Shown here: piece after piece, positions 1 through 9,695 of the stretch
Position numbering within the stretch: position 1 is the first letter of the stretch
Layout of the letters: each line of letters starts with the position of its first letter
Assembly: GCA_977020255.1 (NCBI GenBank)
Contig: CDROCS010000864.1
Span: 1 to 64,000, forward strand
Source of the DNA: Obrimoposthia wandeli
Taxonomy: Eukaryota
DNA length: 64,000 bases
Direction: 5' to 3'
Notes under the pieces: model-generated
Databases searched by the model: none
The model's input: only the letters and a program-made list of their open reading frames with translations
What the model was told of the DNA's origin: nothing
Made by a program: the position numbers and the translations under genes

Positions 1-119
1 TTCCGGTTATCTTCGGCTTAATTTGGTTGTATGATCCCTCGTTAGTGTTTTACGCTGGAGCGGCAATTGCAGGTTTATCTTTGATACTGAGTCGTTTTGT
101 ACCCGTTAATTATAAATAG
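1..119 (+). CDS. 3' end of a membrane transporter, probably MFS (partial)
   Basis: Frame from base 3 reads PVIFGLIWLYDPSLVFYAGAAIAGLSLILSRFVPVNYK* (TAG 117-119); two hydrophobic helices typical of an MFS C-terminus. Confidence 0.6.
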   Translation, partial: PVIFGLIWLYDPSLVFYAGAAIAGLSLILSRFVPVNYK

Positions 120-187
120 CTTTGGTTCGATAGTGAATAGAAAGTACATAGCGCGTTGAATAACAGAATTGAATAACAGAATTCAGT

Positions 188-232
188 AACGACGAAGCTT
201 AGACATGATCAATACATCCAAGCTTCGTCGTT
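188..232. terminator. Bidirectional intrinsic terminator-like hairpin
   Basis: AACGACGAAGCTT ... AAGCTTCGTCGTT 13-bp perfect inverted repeat between convergent genes. Confidence 0.6.
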
Positions 233-288
233 TACCGTAGTCGTTACTTAAACGCTGTTGAATAACGCTTCATGACCATATCGTTAGT

Positions 289-1155
289 TTAGAAACCAAA
301 TTTACCGTTATTATTTTTCCAGGCATCTTTCGCTAGGATTGGTTCAATAATGTCCCAGTGCTCTACAATTTTGCTGTTTTCAATACGGAATAAATCATAG
401 AAAGAAACTGGTTTTCCGGCAAAGCTCCCCTCACTGATACTCAGTACAAAGTTACCTTCACCCAAGACGATATGATTTTGGCTATAAACCATTGTAATAC
501 CTTGTTTCGCCATCGCTTCCAGCGCCTGACCTAAACCTGAAAGGCCATCTGCAATGGCAGAGTTATGTTGCAGATAGTTAGCGTCACCGTCATCAATAAA
601 ACGACCAAGCTGGGAAAAATCACCTTTAACCAGGATCGTTTCAACAAAATCACCCACTAAGGCTTTATTTGCATCAGTCTTGTCTAAATCGCGCACTGCT
701 GTTGGACCATCTAGCTGAGTGCGACCACTTGGGTTGGCTACGCTTTTATCTGCCAAGTTATCCCAATGCTCGACGATTAGCCCATCTTCAAAACGAAACA
801 CATCAAAACCAGCTTTAGGGCCAAAGAAATTGTAGTCGGTATGGGTAAATACATAGTCACCATCTTGGAAAGCACGTTTAACATCAACCTTTGCACTTCC
901 TACTGGCAATGCTTGCAGTACCGCACCAAAACCAGCAAGACCATCCGCTACGGCGAGGTTATGTTGCGTGTAGTTATCTGGGTTCACATAAGCGGCAGCC
1001 TGTTGGTCACCTGTTTCAATACTATTAAGCAGGGCTACGGCTTTATCTTTGTTAGATAGACTCATTGTATTATCCTCAGTTGAAACTTGACTTGTGCATG
1101 CTGTAGTCACGAATACAGTAGCGGCTAACATCGCTGAAATACCTTTTTTCATCAT
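289..1155 (-). CDS. SnoaL-like/NTF2-family lipoprotein with two tandem domains
   Basis: Lipobox-like VTTAC; two repeats of Y.QHN..[V/I]ADG..GF/L and FD.FR.E..IVEHWD. Confidence 0.85.
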   Translation of the reverse strand: MMKKGISAMLAATVFVTTACTSQVSTEDNTMSLSNKDKAVALLNSIETGDQQAAAYVNPDNYTQHNLAVADGLAGFGAVLQALPVGSAKVDVKRAFQDGDYVFTHTDYNFFGPKAGFDVFRFEDGLIVEHWDNLADKSVANPSGRTQLDGPTAVRDLDKTDANKALVGDFVETILVKGDFSQLGRFIDDGDANYLQHNSAIADGLSGLGQALEAMAKQGITMVYSQNHIVLGEGNFVLSISEGSFAGKPVSFYDLFRIENSKIVEHWDIIEPILAKDAWKNNNGKFGF

Positions 1156-1236
1156 TCTTACCTCTCGTTGGAATGAGGTAATATTAATAAAAACAGCGAT
1201 GCTTTACATGGTCAAAATCAGAAGGAAAATGGTCAA

Positions 1237-2112
1237 TTACGAACCTTGATATTGTTTTTGAAAACGTGAGGGAGTAATCAAGGTATGCTTTTTAAAATAC
1301 TTAACAAAATTACTGGCATCCTCAAACCCTAATTCATAAGCAAGCTGCTGGGTTGGCATACCATGTAGTACCAGCCGTCTTTTCGCTTCTAAAATAGTGT
1401 AAGCATCGATGAGTTGTTTGGCGGTTTGATTGGTGGCTAACTTGCAGATCTGATTTAACGTTTTGTAGGTAGTGTGCAGCTGGTCTGCATAATAAGTCGC
1501 ATCTCGGGTGCGCTGGAAGTTGGCGGCAAGCAGGGCCACAAAGTCATTGAATTTACCCAGCTGACTTTGGTTTAATTTATCATGATGATTCTCTGGCATG
1601 ACTCGGCGCAACATCAATGACAGCGAAGAAAACAGCAACATGACAATCAGTTCATTAGATTCCTGGTGTATTAGCTCTTTGCTAATTTCAGCCAACAGTT
1701 TTTCACTGCTGCTCATGGTTGCTGCGTCAGGAATAAAAACTGGCTGATAGGCGTACTCAAGGTGCGTAGGCGTAAACTCGGGCAACCTCATATTCATGAG
1801 TGCTTGATCGATAAATGCTTGCGTAAACAGCAGTACTTTACCTTGCGGTTTGTGGCTAAAATCGAACGCATGCACTTGGTTTTTTTGGACAAATATAAAT
1901 GCGCCAGATTGATAGGGGTAGTTAACAAAGTCAATTAAATGAGCGCCATCACCTTCTTCTATATGGATAATCTGATGAAAATCGACTCGGTGTGGTAACG
2001 TCGGATTATGAGTCAGGCTATCTTTGCCTTGATACAGCGTTGTTAACTCAATCACTTCAATTTCGTTGTTTGCCGTTTTAGTGTGATTAAAGCCAACTTC
2101 AGGGATGTTCAT
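1237..2112 (-). CDS. AraC-family transcriptional regulator
   Basis: N-terminal cupin (HRVDFHQI..I..G.G.H.IDF); C-terminal IAYELGF.D.SNF.KYFKK-type HTH. Confidence 0.92.
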   Translation of the reverse strand: MNIPEVGFNHTKTANNEIEVIELTTLYQGKDSLTHNPTLPHRVDFHQIIHIEEGDGAHLIDFVNYPYQSGAFIFVQKNQVHAFDFSHKPQGKVLLFTQAFIDQALMNMRLPEFTPTHLEYAYQPVFIPDAATMSSSEKLLAEISKELIHQESNELIVMLLFSSLSLMLRRVMPENHHDKLNQSQLGKFNDFVALLAANFQRTRDATYYADQLHTTYKTLNQICKLATNQTAKQLIDAYTILEAKRRLVLHGMPTQQLAYELGFEDASNFVKYFKKHTLITPSRFQKQYQGS

Positions 2113-2382
2113 ATCGCAGCACTGCTCTTATAACATTTTGATTATATTGCAGCCTAATGCATATTGCTGCAATGCTCAAGCCACTGACTGTATATTGACA
2201 CCACGGCACAGGCATAAAAATGTTAGCAACTACGCTGTCTGAACCTAGGGTATTAACTCAGCCTTTAATGGTTAGTGGTAAAAACAAAACAGTACTGTAC
2301 ACTCACTAAATTGTTTTATTATCAGTAGTATGTCGATAACAATAAAGCTATAAACATTAATAAATTAAAGGACTAAACTATT

Positions 2383-2766
2383 ATGAAAATTCGTTTCCAT
2401 CTTATCGCAGCATTGGCTATTACTTCACTATTCGGTTGCGGCGACGGAGAGCAATCTCTAAAAGTAACGGCTAGTGCATATACCTCAAGTGTTGGCGAAA
2501 CAGATTCAACGCCAAACCTTGCTGCTTGGGGCGATATCCTTGAACCTGGTATGAAGTCTATTGCGGTGTCGAGAGACCTACTCGAAATGGGCCTTACTCA
2601 CAATCAAGAAGTAAGAATCGAAGGCTTTGAAGGGACTTACTTAGTACTGGATAAGATGAATAAGCGCTGGGAAAAGAAAATCGATATCTACATGGGTAAC
2701 GATGTTAAAAAAGCAAGACAATGGGGTAAGCAGGAAGTTGTTATCTATTGGACTGTAGAAGAATAA
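2383..2766 (+). CDS. 3D-domain lipoprotein
   Basis: LFGC lipobox; VTASAYTS...IAVSRDL...KIDIYM 3D-domain pattern. Confidence 0.85.
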   Translation: MKIRFHLIAALAITSLFGCGDGEQSLKVTASAYTSSVGETDSTPNLAAWGDILEPGMKSIAVSRDLLEMGLTHNQEVRIEGFEGTYLVLDKMNKRWEKKIDIYMGNDVKKARQWGKQEVVIYWTVEE

Positions 2767-2818
2767 AAATAGCATTAGCGTCCTACAAACGGGCTATATC
2801 GTAAATCGCAGGAATTAG

Positions 2819-2904
2819 AAAAGGCTCATCACTGCCCTTTATATACTTTCAACTAGAAAGAATGCAGCGTGATGAGCCTTTTATTTACCAGCGTTAAATC
2901 TTAA
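2819..2904. repeat. Copy A of a duplicated terminator region, hairpin with an enlarged loop
   Basis: AAAAGGCTCATCACT...GTGATGAGCCTTTTATTTACCAGCGTTAAATCTTAA nearly matches 5214-5268. Confidence 0.85.
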
Positions 2905-4136
2905 TCAACCTGCTTTACAGCAACGTAATCAAAGATAATACTTTCACCCTTAAATTCAGGGTCATTTTTCTCTGCTTCAGTCAGGATAGGAACAACTTTA
3001 ATATCCAGTTCTTCATCAGGAGCAGTAAACGTATTTACTACAATTTTCAGACTATCTGTATTTGCCTTACTTACATCAATAGACTTAGCGACTTTATACC
3101 CTTCAACAATCAGATCGAATGAACGCACTGTTGCATTTTTTGGTAATAGCATTTCAATTTGATATTTTGATCCTGTCGTTACATTAAAGACACTTTCTGA
3201 ACCACCATCTTTAGTAAAAAACGTTTTTTCAAAATTTGCGTTATCAGCATGATGATAAGAGTAACTTGCCGCATAATCATATCGGTCTTCCAACTTGAAC
3301 TTAACATCTTCAAACTGTGTCTCGATTAAAGTAACATAATTATTTTCACGGATAGTTTTATTAATCCAATCATTATAAGTAACTGCAGATGCATAGCCAG
3401 TACATGCACCACCCGCACCACTGGCAACACCCAAAAGAGTTAATTCTTTATTCTCTTTATCATAAGTATAAACACCACCACCTGAATCTCCCATCACAGG
3501 GCTCGTTTCAAGAGGCGTATCTGTAGCGATGAATAACTCTCCTTCTGAGGTCTCGCTTACGTCACGATCCATACAAACGGTGAGAATGTTTTCATTATAA
3601 CCACTCAGTTTATTGGTACCACACACTTCACCATTCCAACCGCCGTAACCGCACTGAACAACATCCATACCATCTTCAAGATCTGCAGTGTTGCCTTCAA
3701 AAATTTTAGCCGGAACCACATTTTCAAATGGCTCCGGTAAGCGCATCAACACTATATCTACGTTTTCGTTATCTATGTACCAAGTGTTTTTCGATCCCCA
3801 AGGCGTATCTTTGATACTATTCTCTTGTTGCATCCTGGTGTCAAAACGTGTGAAGCCTTTTTCTGTTACAGCCGTCATTTTTTCAACTTGTGCGCCACTT
3901 GTAGGACAATGTGCCGCAGTAATGACCCAATGATCTGCAACAATTGTACCTGAACAGCCGCCCCAACCAAAAACACGAACACTGGCACTTAATTCATTTT
4001 CTGCAATGAATTTTTTATAAGATTGAATATCTGCAGTAGCGACACTTTCATCACCTTGTCCAGCAACCACAAAAACCAGTGCATTTGCATTAAAAGACAC
4101 GGCTATAGCAAGACTTAATACCTTTAAATACTTCAT
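2901..4136 (-). CDS. Secreted trypsin-like (S1) serine protease with C-terminal beta-sandwich domain
   Basis: Signal peptide; GCSGTIVADHWVITAAHC (His), DIVLMRL (Asp), GDSGG (Ser). Confidence 0.9.
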   Translation of the reverse strand: MKYLKVLSLAIAVSFNANALVFVVAGQGDESVATADIQSYKKFIAENELSASVRVFGWGGCSGTIVADHWVITAAHCPTSGAQVEKMTAVTEKGFTRFDTRMQQENSIKDTPWGSKNTWYIDNENVDIVLMRLPEPFENVVPAKIFEGNTADLEDGMDVVQCGYGGWNGEVCGTNKLSGYNENILTVCMDRDVSETSEGELFIATDTPLETSPVMGDSGGGVYTYDKENKELTLLGVASGAGGACTGYASAVTYNDWINKTIRENNYVTLIETQFEDVKFKLEDRYDYAASYSYHHADNANFEKTFFTKDGGSESVFNVTTGSKYQIEMLLPKNATVRSFDLIVEGYKVAKSIDVSKANTDSLKIVVNTFTAPDEELDIKVVPILTEAEKNDPEFKGESIIFDYVAVKQVD

Positions 4137-4138
4137 AA

Positions 4139-4810
4139 TTATTTCACCTTATATAAAACAACTGCGTCTAGATATACTTCTTTACGAGCATCATTGCCTG
4201 AACCAAGACGTCGGAATATATTGACTTTGACCGGAGCTAATTCATTATTAAAGTCAATCACTGTTCGATGAGCTGTATAAGGAGAGCTTCCTTGTGCTAA
4301 CTGAAGATTTTGACATTCTCCACTTTGACATACTTCAACGCCATAGCCACCAAGGTTAGTATGTGTAAATAAGCGAGTTTGGTAATCCCCGACTTCTTTA
4401 GGATCGATAGTAAAGCTAATCACACCACTTTCTAAATCATCACTTAACGCTTTATAGCCTGCACTATATTCAACGCCTTCGGTATTTAGCCCTGTGGTTG
4501 AATCTTGAAAATGATAAGCATTTGTTTTTGCAACTTTACTATCCTCTGCAATGTCTTTTAATCCAGTAACTTGCCAGTCAGAAAATGCCTGACCTTTTAG
4601 GTTTACATCACTGATCGTATTACCGTTTGGGATCATGTAACTGTGTGAGCTAGAAACATCACGATCCCAATATCCTAGTGCACTCCATTCAGCTGGGTGA
4701 CTATACACTTGCTCTGTAACCAGTTCTGCAGAAAAAGCAGAAAATGTACTTAGCATGGAAACGATAACTATACATTTATTCATTATTAACTCCTTATTTA
4801 AAATAATCAT
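4139..4810 (-). CDS. Secreted hypothetical protein, beta-rich (possible carbohydrate-binding fold)
   Basis: Signal peptide MNKCIVIVSMLSTFSAFSA; stop lies 2 nt before the protease ATG; ends VYLDAVVLYK like galactose-binding-fold termini. Confidence 0.7.
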   Translation of the reverse strand: MIILNKELIMNKCIVIVSMLSTFSAFSAELVTEQVYSHPAEWSALGYWDRDVSSSHSYMIPNGNTISDVNLKGQAFSDWQVTGLKDIAEDSKVAKTNAYHFQDSTTGLNTEGVEYSAGYKALSDDLESGVISFTIDPKEVGDYQTRLFTHTNLGGYGVEVCQSGECQNLQLAQGSSPYTAHRTVIDFNNELAPVKVNIFRRLGSGNDARKEVYLDAVVLYKVK

Positions 4811-4860
4811 ATAAAGTCCTTATATAACAATAAGATGATAACAAAAAAATACGTAACACA

Positions 4861-4910
4861 TACAAACGCATACATCCGCTTACAAATGAATACATCTGCT
4901 TACAAATATA
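4861..4910. repeat. 2.5 x 20-bp tandem repeat with TACA every 10 bp
   Basis: TACAAACGCATACATCCGCT / TACAAATGAATACATCTGCT / TACAAATATA. Confidence 0.8.
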
Positions 4911-4920
4911 TATTTAAAAC

Positions 4921-5211
4921 ATCGAGTAGGGTGAGGCTTCCCAGTTATTGCACTGACGCCCTGTTAGATATGCCACCCTCAAGCACAGAATTGGTCTGAC
5001 TAAGTATAGGGCTTCGCGCTATTTTGGACGCTTACCCACCAATCCCGCCGAAACAGGTTACGGTTAGTTGTGTACATCTAAACTTCCTATGGCTTCCTTC
5101 AGACCTCACCGTTAGCCAGTGACGCCCTTGCCATTCGGATTATCTTCCCCTTAGTCAGGGTGATTTCACTTTCTTGCAAGTGAACGGGTTTGCCAGCTTT
5201 GCTGGGCAAAC
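4921..5211 (-). mobile_element. Internally deleted group IIC (class C) intron remnant, 291 nt, no RT ORF
   Basis: Minus strand starts GTTTGCCCAGC directly after a terminator U-tract; domain-I-like GAATGGCAAGGGCG...GGTGAGGTCTGAAGGAAGCC; ends CCCTACTCGAT; no domain V motif. Confidence 0.8.
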
Positions 5212-5247
5212 AAAAAAGGCTCATCACTTTGCAGTGATGAGCCTTTT
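5212..5247 (-). terminator. Intrinsic terminator of the ABC-F gene (intron target; copy B of the repeat)
   Basis: AAAAGGCTCATCACT-TTGC-AGTGATGAGCCTTTT. Confidence 0.9.
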
Positions 5248-5299
5248 ATTTACAAGCGTTAATCTTAAACCAAGCAACGTATTGCTTGGCTAAGAATTA

Positions 5300-6883
5300 T
5301 TATTTGCTTGCGATGTATTCTTCGTAAGTACCGTCGAAGTTAACGATGCCGTTTGGCGTAATATCCCAAATACGTGTAGCAACTGTAGATACGAACTCAC
5401 GGTCATGAGAGATGAATAGTAAAGTACCTTCATACTTCTCAAGCGCCATGTTTAATGACTCAATTGATTCCATATCCATGTGGTTAGTTGGTTCATCCAT
5501 TAATAATACATTTGGTTTTTGCATCATTAATTTACCGTAAAGCATACGGCCTTTTTCACCACCAGATAGAACGCTTACTTTCTTGCTAATGTCATCATTA
5601 GAGAATAATAAACGACCTAGGTAACCACGAACAGTTTGATCGTCATCGCCTTTTTCTTTCCACTGGTTCATCCACTCCATTAATGTCATATCTTCTTCGA
5701 AGTATGATTCATGGTCCTGTGCATAGTAAGCGATGTTTACGTTTTCAGACCATTTGTACTCACCCGCATCTGGAGTAAGTTCGTCTGCTAGCATACGCAT
5801 TAATGTTGTTTTACCAACACCATTGGTACCGATAATTGCGATACGCTCGCCAACTTCAACCATAGCTTTAAAGTCTGAGAATAACGGACCTTCATCAAAG
5901 CCTTTTGTTAGACCTTCAATTTCTAGTGCATTACGGTAAAGTTGTTTTTCTTGCTCGAAACGAATAAATGGCGTTTGACGGCTAGAAACTTTAACTTCAT
6001 CAAGCTCAATTTTATCAAGACGTTTAGCACGTGATGATGCTTGTTTTGCTTTAGATGCGTTTGCAGAGAAACGAGCAACGAATGCTTTAAGCTCTGTAAT
6101 TTGAGCTTCTTTTTTCGAGTTGCTTGTTAGTAGTTGCTCGCGTGCTAATGTAGCAGCAAACATGTAGTCATCATAGTTACCTGGGTAAACGCGTAGTTCA
6201 CCGAAATCAAGGTCAGCCATGTGAGTACAAACACTGTTTAAGAAATGACGATCATGCGAGATGATTACCATTGTACTTTGACGTGCGTTTAGTGTTTCTT
6301 CTAACCAGTCAATCGTTGCGATATCCAAGTTATTCGTTGGTTCGTCAAGTAGTAAGATATCTGGATCAGAGAATAGTGCTTGTGCTAGTAGTACACGTAG
6401 TTTCCAACCTGGAGCAACTTCGCTCATTAGGCCGTAATGTAGTTCTACTGGGATACCAACACCGATTAGTAGTTCACCTGCACGAGATTCAGCTGTGTAG
6501 CCGTCCATCTCTGCAAATTCACTTTCTAGATCGCCAACACGCATACCATCTGCTTCAGACATATCTGGGTTAGCATAAATTGCGTCACGTTCTTCTTTCA
6601 CAGTCCACATTTCTGCGTGGCCCATGATCACAGTATCAAGTACTGTATTTTTTTCGAATGCGAATTGATCCTGACGTAATTTACCAAGACGTTCGTTTTC
6701 ATCAAGTTTCACGTTACCAGAGCTTTGATCTAAATCGCCACCTAGGATTTTCATGAATGTTGATTTACCACAGCCGTTAGCACCGATTAAACCGTAACGG
6801 TTACCGCCACCGAACTTAACTGAGATATTTTCGAAAAGTGGCTTGGCACCGAACTGCATTGTAATATTTGCTGTGCTAATGAT
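5300..6883 (-). CDS. ybiT: ABC-F family ATPase, YbiT-like; start extended to a probable ATC at 6883
   Basis: Two ABC domains ([31 protein letters not shown]); frame extends upstream as (atc)[11 protein letters not shown] with AGGAG 8 nt before. Confidence 0.92.
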   Translation of the reverse strand: MISTANITMQFGAKPLFENISVKFGGGNRYGLIGANGCGKSTFMKILGGDLDQSSGNVKLDENERLGKLRQDQFAFEKNTVLDTVIMGHAEMWTVKEERDAIYANPDMSEADGMRVGDLESEFAEMDGYTAESRAGELLIGVGIPVELHYGLMSEVAPGWKLRVLLAQALFSDPDILLLDEPTNNLDIATIDWLEETLNARQSTMVIISHDRHFLNSVCTHMADLDFGELRVYPGNYDDYMFAATLAREQLLTSNSKKEAQITELKAFVARFSANASKAKQASSRAKRLDKIELDEVKVSSRQTPFIRFEQEKQLYRNALEIEGLTKGFDEGPLFSDFKAMVEVGERIAIIGTNGVGKTTLMRMLADELTPDAGEYKWSENVNIAYYAQDHESYFEEDMTLMEWMNQWKEKGDDDQTVRGYLGRLLFSNDDISKKVSVLSGGEKGRMLYGKLMMQKPNVLLMDEPTNHMDMESIESLNMALEKYEGTLLFISHDREFVSTVATRIWDITPNGIVNFDGTYEEYIASK

Positions 6884-6957
6884 AGGGAACGCTCCTGTCC
6901 AAAAATGGACTAAAATATAAATTACTGAATTTTAAGTTGGCGGAGTATATCACCTAA

Positions 6958-6973
6958 TGTGATGTAAATCACG
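6958..6973. promoter_or_regulatory. CRP-type binding site
   Basis: TGTGA-TGTAAA-TCACG, 9/10 to TGTGA-N6-TCACA, upstream of ybiT. Confidence 0.55.
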
Positions 6974-7124
6974 TAGTCTACTGAGTAAAAACAAGGCAAT
7001 TGCAGGAAATATTACTTTGGGGTTTATTTGGCGAGTTAACTGACTGCATCCTTGCAATCTAGGGAGTGTTTAAAACTGTTTTTGAGCTAATGATTATTTA
7101 TATAAGGAGACCGATATAATAAAA

Positions 7125-7769
7125 CTAAACAACCGCAGCAGGCACTTGCGAAAATAGCAACCATGCACCAAGTAATACGAATACAGAGCCCATGATCTTA
7201 TGCTGGTAAATGTGGAAGCGTTCATTGGTTAATAACGACTTACCTAATGTACCGACCGTGACAACCAACAGTAAGTTAAACAACAAACCTAATACATTAA
7301 GCAGTAAGCCTAGCGCTAACATTTGCTCGCCAGACGACGTGGTAATGTTTGATGACACAAACTGGGGTAAAAACAACACAAAGAATAATAATGCTTTTGG
7401 GTTTAATAGATTGCTGAATACCGCTTTACGATACAATGAACGCGCCATTTTACTGGTTTGATCTATTTCAGGCGCAACTACCGAACTCGTGCGTAAGCAA
7501 TCCCAACCCATTTTTAACAAATACAAACCACCGACAAAATGTAGCGCTTTCAGCGCTATTGGGCTCATAGCGATCATCGCAGACACACCCATCGCTGCTA
7601 ACAACGTCAAAATAATACCGGATGTTGCATTACCTAAGCTGGCAAATACCCCAACCTTGCGGCCATAGCTTAAACTTGAGCTGGCAATCAATAACATGTC
7701 AGGACCAGGGATAAGTAACAACGCCACAACAGCAGTTAAATAGAGGGGTAAAATAGAGAAATCAATCAT
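7125..7769 (-). CDS. LysE/RhtB family amino-acid exporter
   Basis: IPGPD motif, NLLNPKALLFF, six hydrophobic helices. Confidence 0.92.
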   Translation of the reverse strand: MIDFSILPLYLTAVVALLLIPGPDMLLIASSSLSYGRKVGVFASLGNATSGIILTLLAAMGVSAMIAMSPIALKALHFVGGLYLLKMGWDCLRTSSVVAPEIDQTSKMARSLYRKAVFSNLLNPKALLFFVLFLPQFVSSNITTSSGEQMLALGLLLNVLGLLFNLLLVVTVGTLGKSLLTNERFHIYQHKIMGSVFVLLGAWLLFSQVPAAVV

Positions 7770-7992
7770 GAAGGGTTCGCATTACAAAAAAAGGAACTGG
7801 ATTGTAATACAATGAGTAATATTTTCATCTACTTTTTAACGGTAAAATAAAATCAATGACCAGACAGTTAATACGTGTTAATCGATTTCGCTAAATTAAT
7901 CGCAAGCTAACGCGTTAAACGCGGGTTTCAAAAATAGCACGACAGCAATGAATAGCGTCAATAAGGCGGGTTTGATAGGAACACCAAAGCCG

Positions 7993-8895
7993 TTAAAAAT
8001 TTTCTTTCATATCCAGATAACAAGCGCGAATATGCTCGATTAACAGCTGCACTTTTTTCGCTGGCTTTCGGGTATACGGATACACGGCATAAATACCGAT
8101 CACCTTGGCCGTTTGCTGTGATAATACTTCCACCAGCTTGCCACTATCGAGTTCGTTATAAACCAAACATTTTGGTAAGTAGGCTAAGCCCTTCCCTGCT
8201 AGCGCTGCTTGTTTTAACGCTACGGCATTATTGGAGCTGAAATTACCCGATACTTTGACATTGTAAGGCGCATCATCATGGGTGAATAACCAATTAAATG
8301 CACCGCTGGTTTGGCAGGTATAACCCAAACAATTATACGGAGCCAATTGCTCGGGGAATTGCGGTTCACCTTGCTGGGCTAAGTATTCAGGGCTAGCGCA
8401 GATCATCCAACGCGAGTTAAAGATATGGCGGGCAATCAAACTGGAATCTTCTAAATGACCCGTGCGGATCACTAAGTCATAACCATCTGCAACCAAATCG
8501 ACAAAGTCATTGTTCATCGACATATCGACAGTTAGTCCCGGATGCTTTTCACAAAATTCAGACACAGCTCGCGCTAATAACAACTCACCCGAGATAGTGG
8601 GTACTGACATCTTGATATGTCCCGCTAAGGTTTCACTGTAACTGGTCACGGTATCAAAGGCATTCTTAGCCGTTTGGGCGATACCTTTAGCACGGTAAAA
8701 CAACATTTCACCGGCTTCAGTTAATGTCAGCTTACGGGTAGTCCGAAAGATGAGCTGCACACCCAAATCTTCTTCTAATCGGCTGATACGTTTACTCACC
8801 ACAGACTTAGTGACCTTGTTCGCTTCAGCTACTTTGCTAAATGAACCAAGTTCTATCACTTGGGTAAATAACACTAAATCATCAATTTGCGGCAT
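7993..8895 (-). CDS. LysR-family regulator downstream of lutABC
   Basis: HTH GSFS..A..L..TKSVVSKRISRLE..LGVQL..RTTR; substrate-binding domain. Confidence 0.93.
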   Translation of the reverse strand: MPQIDDLVLFTQVIELGSFSKVAEANKVTKSVVSKRISRLEEDLGVQLIFRTTRKLTLTEAGEMLFYRAKGIAQTAKNAFDTVTSYSETLAGHIKMSVPTISGELLLARAVSEFCEKHPGLTVDMSMNNDFVDLVADGYDLVIRTGHLEDSSLIARHIFNSRWMICASPEYLAQQGEPQFPEQLAPYNCLGYTCQTSGAFNWLFTHDDAPYNVKVSGNFSSNNAVALKQAALAGKGLAYLPKCLVYNELDSGKLVEVLSQQTAKVIGIYAVYPYTRKPAKKVQLLIEHIRACYLDMKENF

Positions 8896-8978
8896 GCAAT
8901 TCTCGGTTTACTAAAATAAAGGGACGTTATAATTATACACGTAAACGCCCATAGATAACGAGGGCGTTTACGCAGCAA

Positions 8979-9695
8979 CTACATATCGGCAATCACCACA
9001 TAAGCGGCATGAATTGGACCATGCACACCCACGACTTTGATTAACTCAATATCAGCGGTTGAACTAGGGCCAGAGATAAAGTTAACACAAGACGGTAAAC
9101 GCTCACCTGCTTGGGCTTTATCATGCAACACTTTAGCAGCTTGGGTAATACGCGGTACAATTTGGCTTTGTGGTACCAAGAATACCGATGTTTCAGGTAA
9201 TAGACTGACCGAACGACCATGAGACGCCGCGCTGTGCAATACCATGGTGCCCGACTCTGCTAACGCTTGCTCAGCGAAGACAATACCGACTTTCGCTTGT
9301 TCTGCTTGCTTGATATTAACAGCATGAGCTTGGTCAACATCCCACGTATAGACATCATCAAATTGTAATTTTAAGCTATTAGCTACGTCGAGCTCAGCCA
9401 AGCGATTATCACCCGACACGACAATTTTACCGGCGCGAAAGCCAGTACAAATACTGATTAAAGTTTCATGTAATTCAGCTTTAGTACAGCTCACGCCTAA
9501 CGAGTTTAAATTGGTCTTAGTAAACTCTAAAAGTGCATCAGCAAGTTGTTGTTGGCTAAACCCTGCCATCACATCATGATGCGGGTTATGCGGCAATGGC
9601 GGACGAACAACGCTTTGGGTATTAAGCTCGCGTCCCAGTTTAGCGGCCAATGAACCCAGAAAACTATCGCGATTATGTATCTTAGCTTGCATCAT
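8979..9695 (-). CDS. lutC: Lactate utilisation protein C (LutC/YkgG/LldG)
   Basis: FISGPSSTADIELIKVVGVHGP signature. Confidence 0.93.
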   Translation of the reverse strand: MMQAKIHNRDSFLGSLAAKLGRELNTQSVVRPPLPHNPHHDVMAGFSQQQLADALLEFTKTNLNSLGVSCTKAELHETLISICTGFRAGKIVVSGDNRLAELDVANSLKLQFDDVYTWDVDQAHAVNIKQAEQAKVGIVFAEQALAESGTMVLHSAASHGRSVSLLPETSVFLVPQSQIVPRITQAAKVLHDKAQAGERLPSCVNFISGPSSTADIELIKVVGVHGPIHAAYVVIADM

